64,000 nt of DNA from Minutocellus sp. GHC0000111. Taxonomy: Eukaryota. The translations under genes and the position numbers were made by a program. Positions 50,362 to 62,260 of the stretch are shown here, in pieces (position 1 is the first letter of the stretch; every line of letters begins with the position of its first letter). The notes beneath the pieces were generated by a model. It was given only the letters and a program-made list of their open reading frames with translations. It was not told the origin of the DNA and made no database searches. Where the stretch lies: NCBI GenBank assembly GCA_977018835.1, contig OZ361261.1:2294001-2358000 (forward strand). Direction: 5' to 3'.

Positions 50362-51801
50362 ATGATCCTTCTACTTTCCACTCTCTGCCTGTCGACCCGT
50401 GTGGCATATGCCGCCTCTACCCGATTTCTCGAAGAAGAATCGTCGTCATCGTCTGATGATGGAACAGTCCCAGTTGCAAAGGACAGCAGCGACGGTGAGG
50501 GCGAAGATGCCGAGATTCTCGACAGTGGTTACGTCATGCCGGAGTGGAAGGCGAACATGCTCACAATCAAGAATATGAACAGCTCTCAATACACCCCTCG
50601 GTACCATCCGGAGGGTTGGGAAGACTCTCGGGCCAAAATGTTCGACCAGCTTCCCATGTCGTATTGTCGCTTTCCTAAGTTCTACTATCGCAACATGATG
50701 TATCACGATCACGACCTCGACAGTTCGGCCGACTCCTATGCCATCGAGGTCCATTGGAAGGCAAGGGTGAGGGACAAGTACAAGGATGGCGACGCCGACC
50801 TGAAACTGAAATTTGATGGACGAGATCTTCCGCCCAAACCATGGCCGGCAGATAGGCCGGAGCTAACAAGGAAAATATCGTATCTGCACATTGGTGAGGC
50901 GGGAGGGACGGCACTTGCATGCAGTCTTCGAGAGGCTCGGAGGTATGGGGTGCGACGGCGGTGTGGCAAGCCAGCAAGGGCACGATTTAAGAATGATGAC
51001 TACGTCGAGTCGGCGATATCGCGGCAGGTAACTTGCTACAGCCATTATAATTACAACGGGCGATGCCTGGATGAGACGCAGTACACGTCCTTTTTGGTGA
51101 ATCTTCGCAATCCCATCGACAGGATGAAGTCTTGGTACCTGCACGAGCATTTTCTCAACGAGCCTATCACGCAGCCAGAGTTTTCCAAGAATACTCTGCA
51201 CTGCGGCGCCCTAATGTTGGGTTCGTGCTACAAAAGCTTTGATGATTTGGCCTCGATCGGGCTCTTACCGCCGAGGGATTTGAGCAACAGGCTACCGATT
51301 AGGAAGGATCTGTCTCCTGATGAGTGCGCGCATTGGGCCTGGTCAGCGATTGAGGGTGCCATCCCTGCGACTTATCACAATCATTTCAACTATGAGTGGT
51401 ACTTGCGGCCGCTATTGGATGCGACTCACAGTAGACCACAGCTTGATGAAAATGTCAAGGAAATTTTCGTTGTCAGAGTGGAGCATCTGGACGATGACTG
51501 GCGCACGATTGACAAGATGGTGGGTGGTACAGGCGAGACAGTGCCTAGCGATCTAACGGATGGATCGGCAGTATTCGGGTCGACATCAGAAGATCATTTG
51601 TTGGCAAATAATGCAACGCTCAGCGAAACTGGCGCCTTGAATCTCTGCAGAGCCTTGTGTCGAGAGATTCAAGTTTACAAGATGCTTCTTTACCGAGCTG
51701 CCAATCTGGACATGGCCGATTTCAATCAATCCATGACAGAACTTCGACAATACTGTCCCGAAGAGCCAGATGATACGCCTCGGAGATGCGAGTATTACTA
51801 G
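50362..51801 (+). CDS. Secreted/membrane sulfotransferase-like protein, paralogue of the divergent neighbour
   Basis: Signal-peptide-like start MILLLSTL; motifs HIGEAGG and LRNPIDRMKSWYLHEH; collinear similarity to 48018-49626. Confidence 0.78.
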   Translation: MILLLSTLCLSTRVAYAASTRFLEEESSSSSDDGTVPVAKDSSDGEGEDAEILDSGYVMPEWKANMLTIKNMNSSQYTPRYHPEGWEDSRAKMFDQLPMSYCRFPKFYYRNMMYHDHDLDSSADSYAIEVHWKARVRDKYKDGDADLKLKFDGRDLPPKPWPADRPELTRKISYLHIGEAGGTALACSLREARRYGVRRRCGKPARARFKNDDYVESAISRQVTCYSHYNYNGRCLDETQYTSFLVNLRNPIDRMKSWYLHEHFLNEPITQPEFSKNTLHCGALMLGSCYKSFDDLASIGLLPPRDLSNRLPIRKDLSPDECAHWAWSAIEGAIPATYHNHFNYEWYLRPLLDATHSRPQLDENVKEIFVVRVEHLDDDWRTIDKMVGGTGETVPSDLTDGSAVFGSTSEDHLLANNATLSETGALNLCRALCREIQVYKMLLYRAANLDMADFNQSMTELRQYCPEEPDDTPRRCEYY

Positions 51802-51902
51802 CTAGATCAAAAGTATAAAACTGCTAAAAAAGATTTTGATTTACTTCTCCTCTACCAGCTGACTAAGCAGATGCAAGATACAGACGCATGCTAGCATGCA
51901 AA

Positions 51903-52484
51903 TCACTCTTTGTCCTTCTTTTTGCCACCGAAGAGACTGACAAAGAGCTTTCCCATGACATCCGCATCCTCATCAACGTAACCCTGATCAATGTATGGCA
52001 TGCGCTCATCAACACGAACCTCTTGAAGACCTTCGCTTCCAAGCCGACTCGAGCTAGCATCGCGTTCCAGATCACTTCCAACTTTGATCTTGCCCTCCTC
52101 TCGCAGCCGCTTCCAGTCATCGAGTGTGTCAGTTCCGTCTGTCTTTTGCTGGAAGGCCCACACGTCCTTCTCCTTCTGCAACTCATTCCTCCGTTTGGCC
52201 ACAGACTCCTCATATGCTTCCATGAGCTTTGGATTCCTGCGTCGTTCCATGATCTCGCGCTGAGCTGCCTCCATCTCCTCTCGTTCTCGTTGTTCATATG
52301 CTGCCCTGTTGGCCCGGCCCTCTTCACTGAATATGAGCTTCAAATCGTCGATGATGTTGTAGACTTTCGTGGTCGGTCGTGACGCACCAGTAAGCTGTGA
52401 AGGAGCCAGAAAGGCATCGACGCTGGAGTGTGATCCAGCGAGCAGAATGCCTGCTAGGAGATTGCTGGAAGTGGGGCGCTTCAT
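51903..52484 (-). CDS. Plastid-targeted hypothetical coiled-coil protein
   Basis: Signal peptide followed by VDA-FLAP; intact 193-aa ORF ending ...DERMPYIDQGYV. Confidence 0.75.
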   Translation of the reverse strand: MKRPTSSNLLAGILLAGSHSSVDAFLAPSQLTGASRPTTKVYNIIDDLKLIFSEEGRANRAAYEQREREEMEAAQREIMERRRNPKLMEAYEESVAKRRNELQKEKDVWAFQQKTDGTDTLDDWKRLREEGKIKVGSDLERDASSSRLGSEGLQEVRVDERMPYIDQGYVDEDADVMGKLFVSLFGGKKKDKE

Positions 52485-52841
52485 GTGCTCACTTGAACAA
52501 ATTGAATAGAAGGATGGGTGTGTGGATGAATGAATCGAATCTTCTGGCTCACCGACACGCCTCCAGAGCTAGTTAGTACTACGTTGCTAGTAGAGAACGT
52601 AAGAGAGAACGAATTGAATGCAATGAATGAATGAATGAATGGTCACTGCCTGACTCAGAAGTGAGGGTGAGGGTAAGGTTCGCACAAAGGGTTCGCAAAG
52701 CCTCACTTTCGGTCATTCATTTTCATGCCGCGGGGACTGACGGTTCGCGGATGAAAAGGCACGGCCGCGGCGCGGTGGCACCTACACCCGCATGTAATCT
52801 GCGAACCATCACTCTCATTTATCCCTCATCATATCCGAATC

Positions 52842-53904
52842 ATGAAGATCTCTCGCCCTTGCATTTCTCTCGTCGTGCTTTGCTGTTGCCACAGAAATGG
52901 TCCGACATTTCCTTGCCACGGACATCGACTCCAGACTGACCGGTCATGACGGCACCAAGCTTCACTATGTCGATACTGCTCGAATCTACGCCGGTGGCAA
53001 GACGGAAACCATACTGGGTGAGGTCCTGGCGGCGCTGGAACCATCCGAACGCGACTCAATCGTCCTAGGATCCAAGGCCCACCCGTCGCAAAAGGGTGGG
53101 CTGTCCCCGCAAGGCATTCAGGACCAGTTCGCGGCGTCTCTGGATGCAATGAAGTTGACCAGTGTCGGCGAGTACTATTTGCACCAGCCTGATCCCGACT
53201 CTTCTCTGTTGGAATCGTTGCAATGTGCCGATGAACTGGTCAAGGCTGGCAAGGCATGCACCATCGGCATGAGCAACTACCATGCGAGTGAAATGGAGCG
53301 TGCATTTTTGTTGTGCGAGGAGCATGGGCTGACCAAGCCCAGTGTCTATCAAGGCCTGTACAATCCATTGAATAGGGCAGTGGAGAGCGAGCTGCTTCCA
53401 GTACTGCGCAAGCACAATTGCGCATTCATTGCCTACAATCCCTTGGGCGCCGGCCTACTTACTGGCAAGCATGTCAAGGGAGATGATGACAAGGTGATCA
53501 AGGGACGGTTCAAGAATAATATGAATTATTTACCGAGGTTTTATACCCCATCCAATTTTGAGGCGGTGGATATTATTCGCAAGGCGTGTGACGAGGCCGG
53601 AGTGAGTCTAGTCGAGGCTACTTTCAAATGGCTGCTGCGTCATTCTGCATTGACGAAGGATGACGGTGTCTTGCTCGGCGCGAGTTCTATTTCACAGCTG
53701 GAGCAGAACATGGCGGCTTGCAATGCCGCCGCTGCCGACGAAGAGGGTGGAAAGTTGGACGATGCCGTGGTGCAAGCGTTCGATAAGGCATGGGAAATTA
53801 CCAATGAGGCTGGCGTGTTCCCATATTGGAGAAGCTACTCTTCTGACATGCCCAATGGCAAGAATCTCGACCAAGGAGCGAGCTACAGTGCCGCCAAGAA
53901 GTAA
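52842..53904 (+). CDS. Aldo-keto reductase, aflatoxin B1 aldehyde reductase (AKR7)-like; N-terminus disrupted
   Basis: Motifs DTARIY..G.TE.ILG, YYLHQPD, IGMSNY, YQGLYN and YNPLGAGLLTGK. The expected N-terminal LGTM-type strand is missing; the in-frame ATG is at 52897. Confidence 0.85.
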
Positions 53905-54212
53905 TGGGTTGGCTTTTAACATTCATTTCCTAGAAAGATTATTGTACAACATTACGGATTGTCGCCAAGATCGGCCAACTTTAGACACACTTTTGCAAAC
54001 CCACGCCACAGAGAGATCTTGAGCTCTTTGGCTCATATCCTATTTCCCTTGAGCTCATATCCTAATTCTTTCCTCGCGCGCAACGCAAGTCCATGATGAG
54101 CCGGCACAAGATACCGCGGCGGTTGTTACTGTGCCTTCTACTCTTGTCTCCCACCCCTGCACCCGCCTGCATAGATATTAGAACGTAGAAATTTCTAGTT
54201 AGTGCACCAATC

Positions 54213-57200
54213 ATGGCCAACCCGATGCAGGCCGATCTGACGCTGCTGGACCTGCCCCTCAAGCGGTCCGGGGCGATCATTGCCTCGGCCCTCGGCGAAT
54301 TCACCGCCCCGTCGCAGCAGGAGGTCGCCCTCCTCCGTCCCGGTGGCATCGTCGAGCTGTTTCGCATCGAAAAGACGGTGACGGAATCGGAGGGCGACGA
54401 TGATGACGACGACGACGAGGAGGAGATTACCAAGCTCAAATTGATCAGCCGGACCGAAACCAACTCGGTCCTTCGAAGTTTGACCCTCCTCCGACCGACC
54501 GGTTCCGACCGCGACGTCCTGGCGGTCGGTGCCGACGGAGGACATTTGACCGTCTTGGACTTTGAACCCTGCGCGGCCGGGAGCGGCCAGGCCCCCACCG
54601 TCGTGCACTGTCCCATGTTTGGCCACACGGATTGTCGGCGGGGCGTTCCCGGTCAGTACCTGGCGAGCGATCCCAAGGGCCGGGCCGTCGTGATCTCGGC
54701 CGTCGAGAAGCGCAAGTTTGTGTACGTGCTGAATCGCGACGCCGGGGGACGGCCGACCATTGCCAGCCCCCTCGAGGCGCATCGGGCGCGGACGGTGGTG
54801 TTCGATGCCGTCGGGTTGGACAATGGCTACGACAATCCCATCTTCGCCTCGTTGGAGTATCAGTATCCCGACATGGACGATGCCATTGCGGCGGCGGATA
54901 ATGGTAACGAAGGAGGAGAGTCGGCCGCGGCCAAGGTGGAAAAGCAGTTGGCCTACTACGAGCTGGATTTGGGGTTGAATCACGTCAGCCGTAGATTTGC
55001 CACCCCGACGCACCGGTCGGCGTGCTGTCTGGCCGCCCTGCCCGGGGGTGCCGACGGGCCCGGCGGCGTCCTGGTCGGCGGGGAGGACTGGATCGAATAC
55101 CTCCACGAGGACATGACCTCGGCGGCAGGGGCGGATGCTATGGACGTCGATGGAGGCAGTGGCAGCAAGCAGAAGCCCACCAAGATCATATGCGCTCTGC
55201 CCCGCCGATCGCTCCACCCTCCCGGCAAGGGGGTGCTGATCACCAGCATCGTCGTCCATCGCACCGGCAAGAAGAAGGCCAAGTTCTTCGCCTTGGCGCA
55301 GACGGAGTACGGCGACATGTACAAGATTACCATCCGGACCGATCCCAAGGACAAGACTGTTGTCGTGGGTCTGACCGTGAGTCTGTTTGATACCCTTCCC
55401 GTTGCCAACGATCTCAATGTGTCCAAGCTGGGTATGCTGTTCGTGCCGGCCGAGTTCGGTGACCATGCTCTGTATCAGTTCTTGCGGATCGATGTCGACG
55501 ATGTCGCCCCCACGTGCACGTCGAGCAGAGCACCGAGGCCTATCTGGCCCAAACGGAGAGTGCGGATGAAATGACCTACTATGCCAAGAGTGAGAATGCC
55601 GCATCGGTTGCATGCTCGTTCGTGCCGACTGCTCTGAAAAATTTGCGAAGGGTGGCCAAGGCGGACAGCCTGGCTCCCATCACAGACGTCATCATCGGCG
55701 AGCTTGCGGGCAATGAAGTGAGTCCCCAAATCTACACCCTCTGCGGCCGAGGACCACGATCCAACCTCCGCACGCTTCGTCATGGTGCTGCTGTTACTGA
55801 ACTGGCTGTTAGTGATCTGCCCGGTGTTCCTGGTGCCGTCTTCACGGTCGCTGATACCTCCGAGGAGGCCATGGGGAAGAAGATCGACAAGTACATTGTC
55901 GTTTCCTTTGCCGATGCCACGCTTGTATTGTCAGTCGGCGAAACAGTGGAAGAAATGGGCAAGGAGTCTGGATTTTTGCCCAATGTCCCTACTCTGGCTT
56001 GCTCGGCCTTGGGTTCCGATGGTGGTGTCGTCCAGGTCCACCCCGGTGGTGTGAGGCATATCCACCAGGGCAAGGCCAAGCAGTGGCACTGTCCTGGTCT
56101 GAAGCGGATTGAAAAGGCATCGGCTAACGAATCGCAGGTTCTGATTGCCCTTGCCGGCGGAGAGATCATTTACTTTGAGCTCGATCCCATGAGCGGCAAT
56201 CTCGCCGAGACAGGCAACAAGGATATGGGGGCCGATGTTTGCTGCGTCGATGTTGGTACCGTCCAGAAGGGACGCTCTCGCAGTATGTTTGCAGCAATTG
56301 GATGCCGCGACCAGACGATGCGGGTGGTTAGTCTGGACCCTGCGAGTATGCTCGCACAAAAATCATCAACGGCACTGCGAGCCTCGCCTCATGGAACGGC
56401 CCTTCAATTTGTTTCGTCGGGCAGTGGTAGCGTTGAGGAGAATGCTGGTGATGCCGACCTAATTCTCACCGTCGGTCTTGACGATGGATCTTCTCTTCGA
56501 GTTGGAGTGGGCCCGGTCACTGGTTCCATATCTGCATCTCCTGCTCGGCGGTTCCTTGGAGCTCGACCTGTTTCTGTATCCCGAGTGACAGTTGGTTCCA
56601 GTCCAGCATCTCTGCTTCTTTCGAGCAGACCGTGGATCAGTCGGCCTGACCCTTCGAGCGGAAGGAACGTGATGGCACCCTTGAGCTACGCGCCTCTTGA
56701 TCACGGTTGTGCCTTTACCAGCGACGCTATTCCGGAGGGAATCGTCGCCACGGCTGGCAGTACTCTCCGAATCTTGTCAGTCGAGGCAGAAGGGTCCGGC
56801 CTCGGGACGGAAGACGAAGCCTTCAATTCAACCTCCTCCGCCCTCCGCTATACACCACGAAAGATGTGTTTGCTCTCCACTGGCACCACTCAACCACAGC
56901 AAGAGCGCAGCCTCGTTCTCGCCGTTGTTGAGAGCGACTACAACGACTACGGTCTCGAAGAAAAGACTGCCATGGGTTTCGATGGAACCGGCGGTACTGG
57001 CAAGAAGTCGAAGAAGGATGCCAAAAAGGACGGGGATGACGATGCAATGGAAATGGATGAATCCGATGACGAAGAAGAAAAGAAGGACGCCAAGGACGAT
57101 GATAGCGACGCCGAAGATGAATTAGACGAGGATGAGCTCGAGGCCGTGGCGACACCAATCCGCGGACCTTTCCCTCCGGGACCGGGTCATTGGGGCTCCT

Positions 57201-58255
57201 GCGTCCGTCTCCTCGACCCATCTGATGGTTGCAGCACCCTCGACTGCGTCGAGATGGGTCGCAACGAAGCAGCGCTTTGCTGTGCTTCTGTACGATTCCA
57301 TTCTCGAGGGGGCGAGGCACTACTGGCCGTGGGAACAGTGACTGGTATGACCATGCACCCTCTCAAACAGTCCACCAGCCACATTCTTCTGTACCGCGTC
57401 ATGAACGGGGAAAGACTTCAACTCCTTCACCGAACAGAGGTTTCCTCGGGACCAGTCCTCGCAATGGCTCACTTCCAGGGTCGTCTCCTTGTTGGCATTG
57501 GTAGCACGTTGCGGCTTTACGAGATGGGCAAGCGTCAACTTCTGAGAAAGTGCGAACTGAGAGGACTGCCAACGATGGTCAAGACTCTTCAGACTGCCGG
57601 CGATAGGGCATTCGTCGGCGACATGATGCAGTCGATGCAATTTGTTCGATACGATTCTACTGCCAACCGTCTTGTTTTGGTCGCCAACGATCGCAACCCT
57701 CGTCCTATCACGTGCCAAGAGCTCCTCGACCTCAACACCGCCGCCGTTGGAGACAAATTTGGCAACATTGCCGTCCTTCGCTTACCCCAAGGCGCCGACG
57801 CTGGCGCGGTGGACATATCAGGAACTCGTGCCCTCTGGGATTCTTCAAGAGAGGACACGACGCCCAAGCTTGACATGCTTTGCCACTACCATGTCGGTGA
57901 GGTGGTCACTGGAATGACCCGTGCCTCCCTAGTTGCTGGCGGTGCTGAGGTTCTCATCTATGTTACTGTCACCGGACGGATCGGCGCCCTGGTGCCATTC
58001 ATTTCTCGTGATGACATTGAGTTCTTCACGCTACTGGAGGGCTGTATGCGCACCGACGCTCCAAGACCTACCGGAAGAGAACCCCAAGCATATCGCTCGT
58101 ATTACGCACCAATCAAGCACGTGGTAGATGGTGAACTGTGCGAATCATTCACAAAGCTAAGCTACGAAGAGCAGAAGAAAATTGCTGACAAGCTGGACAG
58201 GACCGTCGATGAGGTCGCCAAGAACCTGGAACGGGTCAGACACTCGCTACTCTAG
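54213..58255 (+). CDS. SF3B3: Splicing factor 3B subunit 3 (SAP130/Rse1); frameshift near 55520
   Basis: Motifs RRGVPGQYLASDPKGRAV.ISAVEK, SPLEAH, YYELDLGLNHV, LYEMGKRQLLRK, GDKFGN and YRSYYAPIK.VVDG. The two ORFs join at TCTS|EQST. Confidence 0.96.
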
Positions 58256-58305
58256 ATACATGTAATGACTTTAAGAATCTGATTCGTCTTACTTTGTAAC
58301 GAATT

Positions 58306-59820
58306 TTACACCACCTCACTATTTATTGGTGGCGTTTGCTTTTGCACTTCATCTTTTCGCGCAATAACAGCATCCTCTTTGCTATGACTGGACATCTCCA
58401 CATAATTTGCATGCGATTCTACCCCAGCCTTGGCTTTTGCCTTTGATAAACGTTCTTCCGCCTTTTCTTCCTTGAAATCAATATCTCGCATGCCCAGCGT
58501 CTCGGGGACAAAAATATATCCAATTATCGGGGGTATTACAGCAATAACAAATGATATACTGAGGGCAACGAAGGGCCCTCGATCTTCCAAGATCAAAGCA
58601 CCAAGGTATTGTGATGACACAGCCGCAACACCACGGATAGTGGCAATGTAGCCGTCAACGACGTTGAAGCGTCCAGACCCAAACACAATATCAGCCCGCA
58701 TAAATTGGTTGACAACACCCAAAGCCCCAGTTAGGCCGCCGACGAGCTCGGTTGAAGCCAGCCACCCTTTGCCGGCATTTGTCCACATGCAAAGAAGAAT
58801 GAGAACTACTCTAATGGGATGCACACATAAGTGCGCGATGTAAAATGGCTTGCGGCCCCAACCCCTAGCGGTGAGATGGCCAACACCCCACGTACCAGCT
58901 ATCATGACAATTTGCGCCAACGATCCCGCCGTAGCGAGCAGTGGTATTGCAGACCTCGACATGATGTTATCGTCATCGTTGTAGTCATCGTCAGTATTGT
59001 TTGCATCATCTCCACCGTCGTCATTCCAGCTACCAACGCCCGCAAGGGCTGCGTTAAATATTAGCCCCACATTTGCTTCTGCAATTACATGAAATACATC
59101 CGCAGCGACAATTCCAACAATTCGCTTGTCGGAGAAAACTTCCCAATAAGTGGCCGCTTCTGGCTCTGGTTCATTCTTATGTGTATCAATAACACAATTT
59201 TGTGCATCTCTTGCCTCTGTGTGCAGGTGGAACCCACGTCCCATCAATGGGTCTCCTCGTGGGATAAATCTTGAAAAGAATATGGCACTTGCAGCAAAAC
59301 CAAAGGGCAGAATAAAAACTGCCTCAATGGACGGATAGAAAATCCAGGCAATGCCACCGCTCAGGACAGCACTAACTATGCTTCCAGCATGTGATACGAT
59401 TTCTCTCCTTACATTCATTTCGTCAAACATTTCCGGTCCAAATGCACTCAGCGTTATCGCTGCAAATGCCGGACCAAGAAAGGCCAACGCTACCAACTCT
59501 ATGGACCGGACGATATACACCAATACCTTGTCGGACGTATCGGCTCCATCGACAAAATAAACCATCAGGGAAGACAGTCCAATGACCAGCGTCGCCATGG
59601 CGAGGAACGTCCGCCGGTCTCGATGCGTCTTGTCGATAATGTCCCCAACGAACGATTTGAGGACCAAGTCAACGACGCCTCTGAAGATGCCCGAGACGAC
59701 CACGGACTTTTCACCCCACCCCTGGGCCAGCAGGTACATGTCCACGTACATGCCGAAGCCATCGCCGAGCTCAGCGATGGAGAAGCTGGTCAGGAGGAAG
59801 GCTGCCAGCGTGGTGATCAT
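58306..59820 (-). CDS. Major facilitator superfamily transporter
   Basis: About 12 hydrophobic segments; loop motifs GDIIDKTHRDRR and GHLTARGWGRK. Likely ATG at 59820. Confidence 0.85.
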   Translation of the reverse strand: MITTLAAFLLTSFSIAELGDGFGMYVDMYLLAQGWGEKSVVVSGIFRGVVDLVLKSFVGDIIDKTHRDRRTFLAMATLVIGLSSLMVYFVDGADTSDKVLVYIVRSIELVALAFLGPAFAAITLSAFGPEMFDEMNVRREIVSHAGSIVSAVLSGGIAWIFYPSIEAVFILPFGFAASAIFFSRFIPRGDPLMGRGFHLHTEARDAQNCVIDTHKNEPEPEAATYWEVFSDKRIVGIVAADVFHVIAEANVGLIFNAALAGVGSWNDDGGDDANNTDDDYNDDDNIMSRSAIPLLATAGSLAQIVMIAGTWGVGHLTARGWGRKPFYIAHLCVHPIRVVLILLCMWTNAGKGWLASTELVGGLTGALGVVNQFMRADIVFGSGRFNVVDGYIATIRGVAAVSSQYLGALILEDRGPFVALSISFVIAVIPPIIGYIFVPETLGMRDIDFKEEKAEERLSKAKAKAGVESHANYVEMSSHSKEDAVIARKDEVQKQTPPINSEVV

Positions 59821-59824
59821 TGTC

Positions 59825-59951
59825 GCTGATTTGCTGCTCCCTGTAGTTGCTCCGCCTTCGGCTCCCCAACGCGGTCTTGGAAAATGATGCTGATTTGCTG
59901 CTCCCTGTAGTTGCTCCGCCTTCGCTCCCCAATGCGGTCTTGGAAAATGAT
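59825..59951 (+). repeat. 63/64-bp tandem duplication directly upstream of the MFS start codon
   Basis: 59825-59888 and 59889-59951 differ by one indel and one CpG>TpG change. Confidence 0.92.
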
Positions 59952-60668
59952 GGCGGCGTGATTGGCGTGCTGATGCGATGGCGTCGCTCAAATCGGGCGC
60001 GAGCAAGCCGGCCTGGCTACTGCGGGACCAAACGCTTCAACAAGCCAAACGCTTCAACTAATTTTTTACTAACAAAATACGCTTAGTGGTAGGCCGTGAG
60101 CTCCGATCGGGCACTTCTGAGGCTACTGAGCACAAAACCACCTCGTTCTTTCAATATTACTTCTCCCATAGGCCATACTGAAACATTCGGTGCGGCGGTC
60201 CGGGCTTCCGAGTCGATATGCGTCCAAAACAACGGTATCTTTCACCATTTCCGGTGCCCAGGCGGTCTCTGACGGCCGGAAAAGTGACGAAAAATGCGAA
60301 ACGATATACTTTCGCCACGTCTCCTCGCGCCGCCGCCGCTCCATATCGTCCATCATGCATTTGAAGGCACTTGCCATTGGTTGATTGTTGTGGAATTGTC
60401 CGCCGCCCTCCATTTTGCTGCCTCTTTGCTATCGCCTTGGCTCATTTTCGAGATGTGTTGCGTTTTGCCAGCGTTTTGTATTGGTAAGAGACACCCGGCA
60501 CTAAACGCTTCAACTATTTTTATTGAAGCGTTTGGTCCCGCAGTAGCTGGCCATTTTACGGATGACGGACGGACATGGCTGACTGCAGACTGCATGCACA
60601 CATGCAGCCAACCGACACATTTGGCGTGTTACTGGCATGGAGGCAAGATACGGCACAGCGTAGCCAAG

Positions 60669-61178
60669 ATGGAATGTGACGGAGGCACATGTTCCATTGC
60701 CGATGCCCCTCCATCGGTGCCTTCATCTGAGCAGATCGCCGCCGCAAATGGCGAAAGTGACGGCAAGGTCAAAGAGCATCGCAAAAACAACAAACCCGCA
60801 AAAAAGAAGAAAGTAGCCAGCCAGCAGGATATCGATGCATTCCTTTCCAAGAACGATGCTGTCATTATTGAATTTATGACGGAGTGGTGTGGAGCATGCA
60901 AATCTATTGAAGAATACTATGCCGAGTTGGCAGAAGAGTTTGGAAGTACCGATGGTGTTCGGTGTGCAAGGCTAAACTGCGAAAAGAACAAGCAGACCAA
61001 GAAAGTGGCGGCATCGTACAATATCAAGAGCTATCCTGTATTTGTGGCTTTTCGGGATGAGTCACTGACCACCCGCTTCGATGGTGCCGATAAGGGAAAG
61101 TTGGAGGCAATGTTTGAACGGCTTGGTGGAGGAGGAGGCAAAAAGAAGGGCAGAGGAAAGTCGAATAAGCGGCGGTGA
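60669..61178 (+). CDS. Thioredoxin-domain protein (WCGAC active site)
   Basis: Motifs VIIEFMTEWCGACK and YNIKSYPVF. ATG at 60669; basic C-terminal tail. Confidence 0.85.
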   Translation: MECDGGTCSIADAPPSVPSSEQIAAANGESDGKVKEHRKNNKPAKKKKVASQQDIDAFLSKNDAVIIEFMTEWCGACKSIEEYYAELAEEFGSTDGVRCARLNCEKNKQTKKVAASYNIKSYPVFVAFRDESLTTRFDGADKGKLEAMFERLGGGGGKKKGRGKSNKRR

Positions 61179-61216
61179 AACCTTGTTGAAGCAAATATCT
61201 GTACTAGTAGCTACAC

Positions 61217-62260
61217 TTATTTTTGAGATTCTTTTTTCTTCTCTTTCCAATCCTTGAGCCGGAGAAGCCACTTGTCCTTTTCTGAGTCATATACAGGTTC
61301 AAAGTGCTTCCTTTCATTGAAGATATCCTGAGCCTCCTCCTCGCTATCGCATTGAATAAATGTGTCCTGAAATGTCGCTTTACCTCCAAAGAAATCCACA
61401 CCGTAGTCCCCTTCACCATTAAGATAGTCCCGGAAGTTATCAAAAAAGAGACAACGCGTCATCGCGAGATCACCAACAGAAGAAATTCCACCGTAGTCTC
61501 CATCGCAGACGATGCAATCCTCGAAAGTGGCATCATCACAACGAAGAGTAGCTGTTCCACCGAAAATACAATTTTTCGCAGAAACCGACGTTCCAACAAC
61601 GTACATACTGAGCCCGCCAGAAGTTTTGATGTCATATAACCGCACATCATCAGCTTTTATGACAAGTGCGTTGTGGATGAGGGGGTCATCTTCTGACAAG
61701 TAGTCGCTCTTAAAGTTGATCGACGCCGGCCGTGCAGGTAAAGAAGAGCGAAGAGTAATTCCATCAGCTTCAATAATCAAAGAACCCTTGCCAGGTTTCC
61801 ACGTATCAACGTAACCATCGAATCGCAAACCCTCAATGTTGTCATCCCATTCTTCAATATCGTCACCAGACTCATACTCATATGAGTTGAATTTCGCCTC
61901 AAGATTGTAGTTCCCTGGATCAAGGAGAATCGTTTTACCTTCTGCGACGCGACAGACATATCGCAGAGCGGACACATGACGGCCAGCACTGATATCTTTC
62001 TCCGTGATGCGGTGCGTTTTGCACTGTAATACGCCATTGTTGAACATCTTGGATACCTCTCGCAGCTTGCTCAAATCGTGGAAGGAATCTGAGAACGATG
62101 CAATTATTGCCGCAACTTCTGGACCGACATCTGCAAGGCCCACATCTCCGTTGGGCTTTTGCTTCTTCGGAGGGTCCTTCCGCGATGAAGCAGGCAGATC
62201 CAATTTGCATGCCGCTGTATCGGCGGACCTCTTCTTCGTACTAGATTCCTTTGGTTCCAT
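61217..62260 (-). CDS. Hypothetical protein with F-box-like segment and right-handed beta-helix-like region
   Basis: LADVGPEVAAIIASF...L.KLREVSK is F-box-like. TILLDPGNY followed by periodic NCIF/DCIV/RCLF strands suggests a beta-helix. Confidence 0.55.
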   Translation of the reverse strand: MEPKESSTKKRSADTAACKLDLPASSRKDPPKKQKPNGDVGLADVGPEVAAIIASFSDSFHDLSKLREVSKMFNNGVLQCKTHRITEKDISAGRHVSALRYVCRVAEGKTILLDPGNYNLEAKFNSYEYESGDDIEEWDDNIEGLRFDGYVDTWKPGKGSLIIEADGITLRSSLPARPASINFKSDYLSEDDPLIHNALVIKADDVRLYDIKTSGGLSMYVVGTSVSAKNCIFGGTATLRCDDATFEDCIVCDGDYGGISSVGDLAMTRCLFFDNFRDYLNGEGDYGVDFFGGKATFQDTFIQCDSEEEAQDIFNERKHFEPVYDSEKDKWLLRLKDWKEKKKESQK

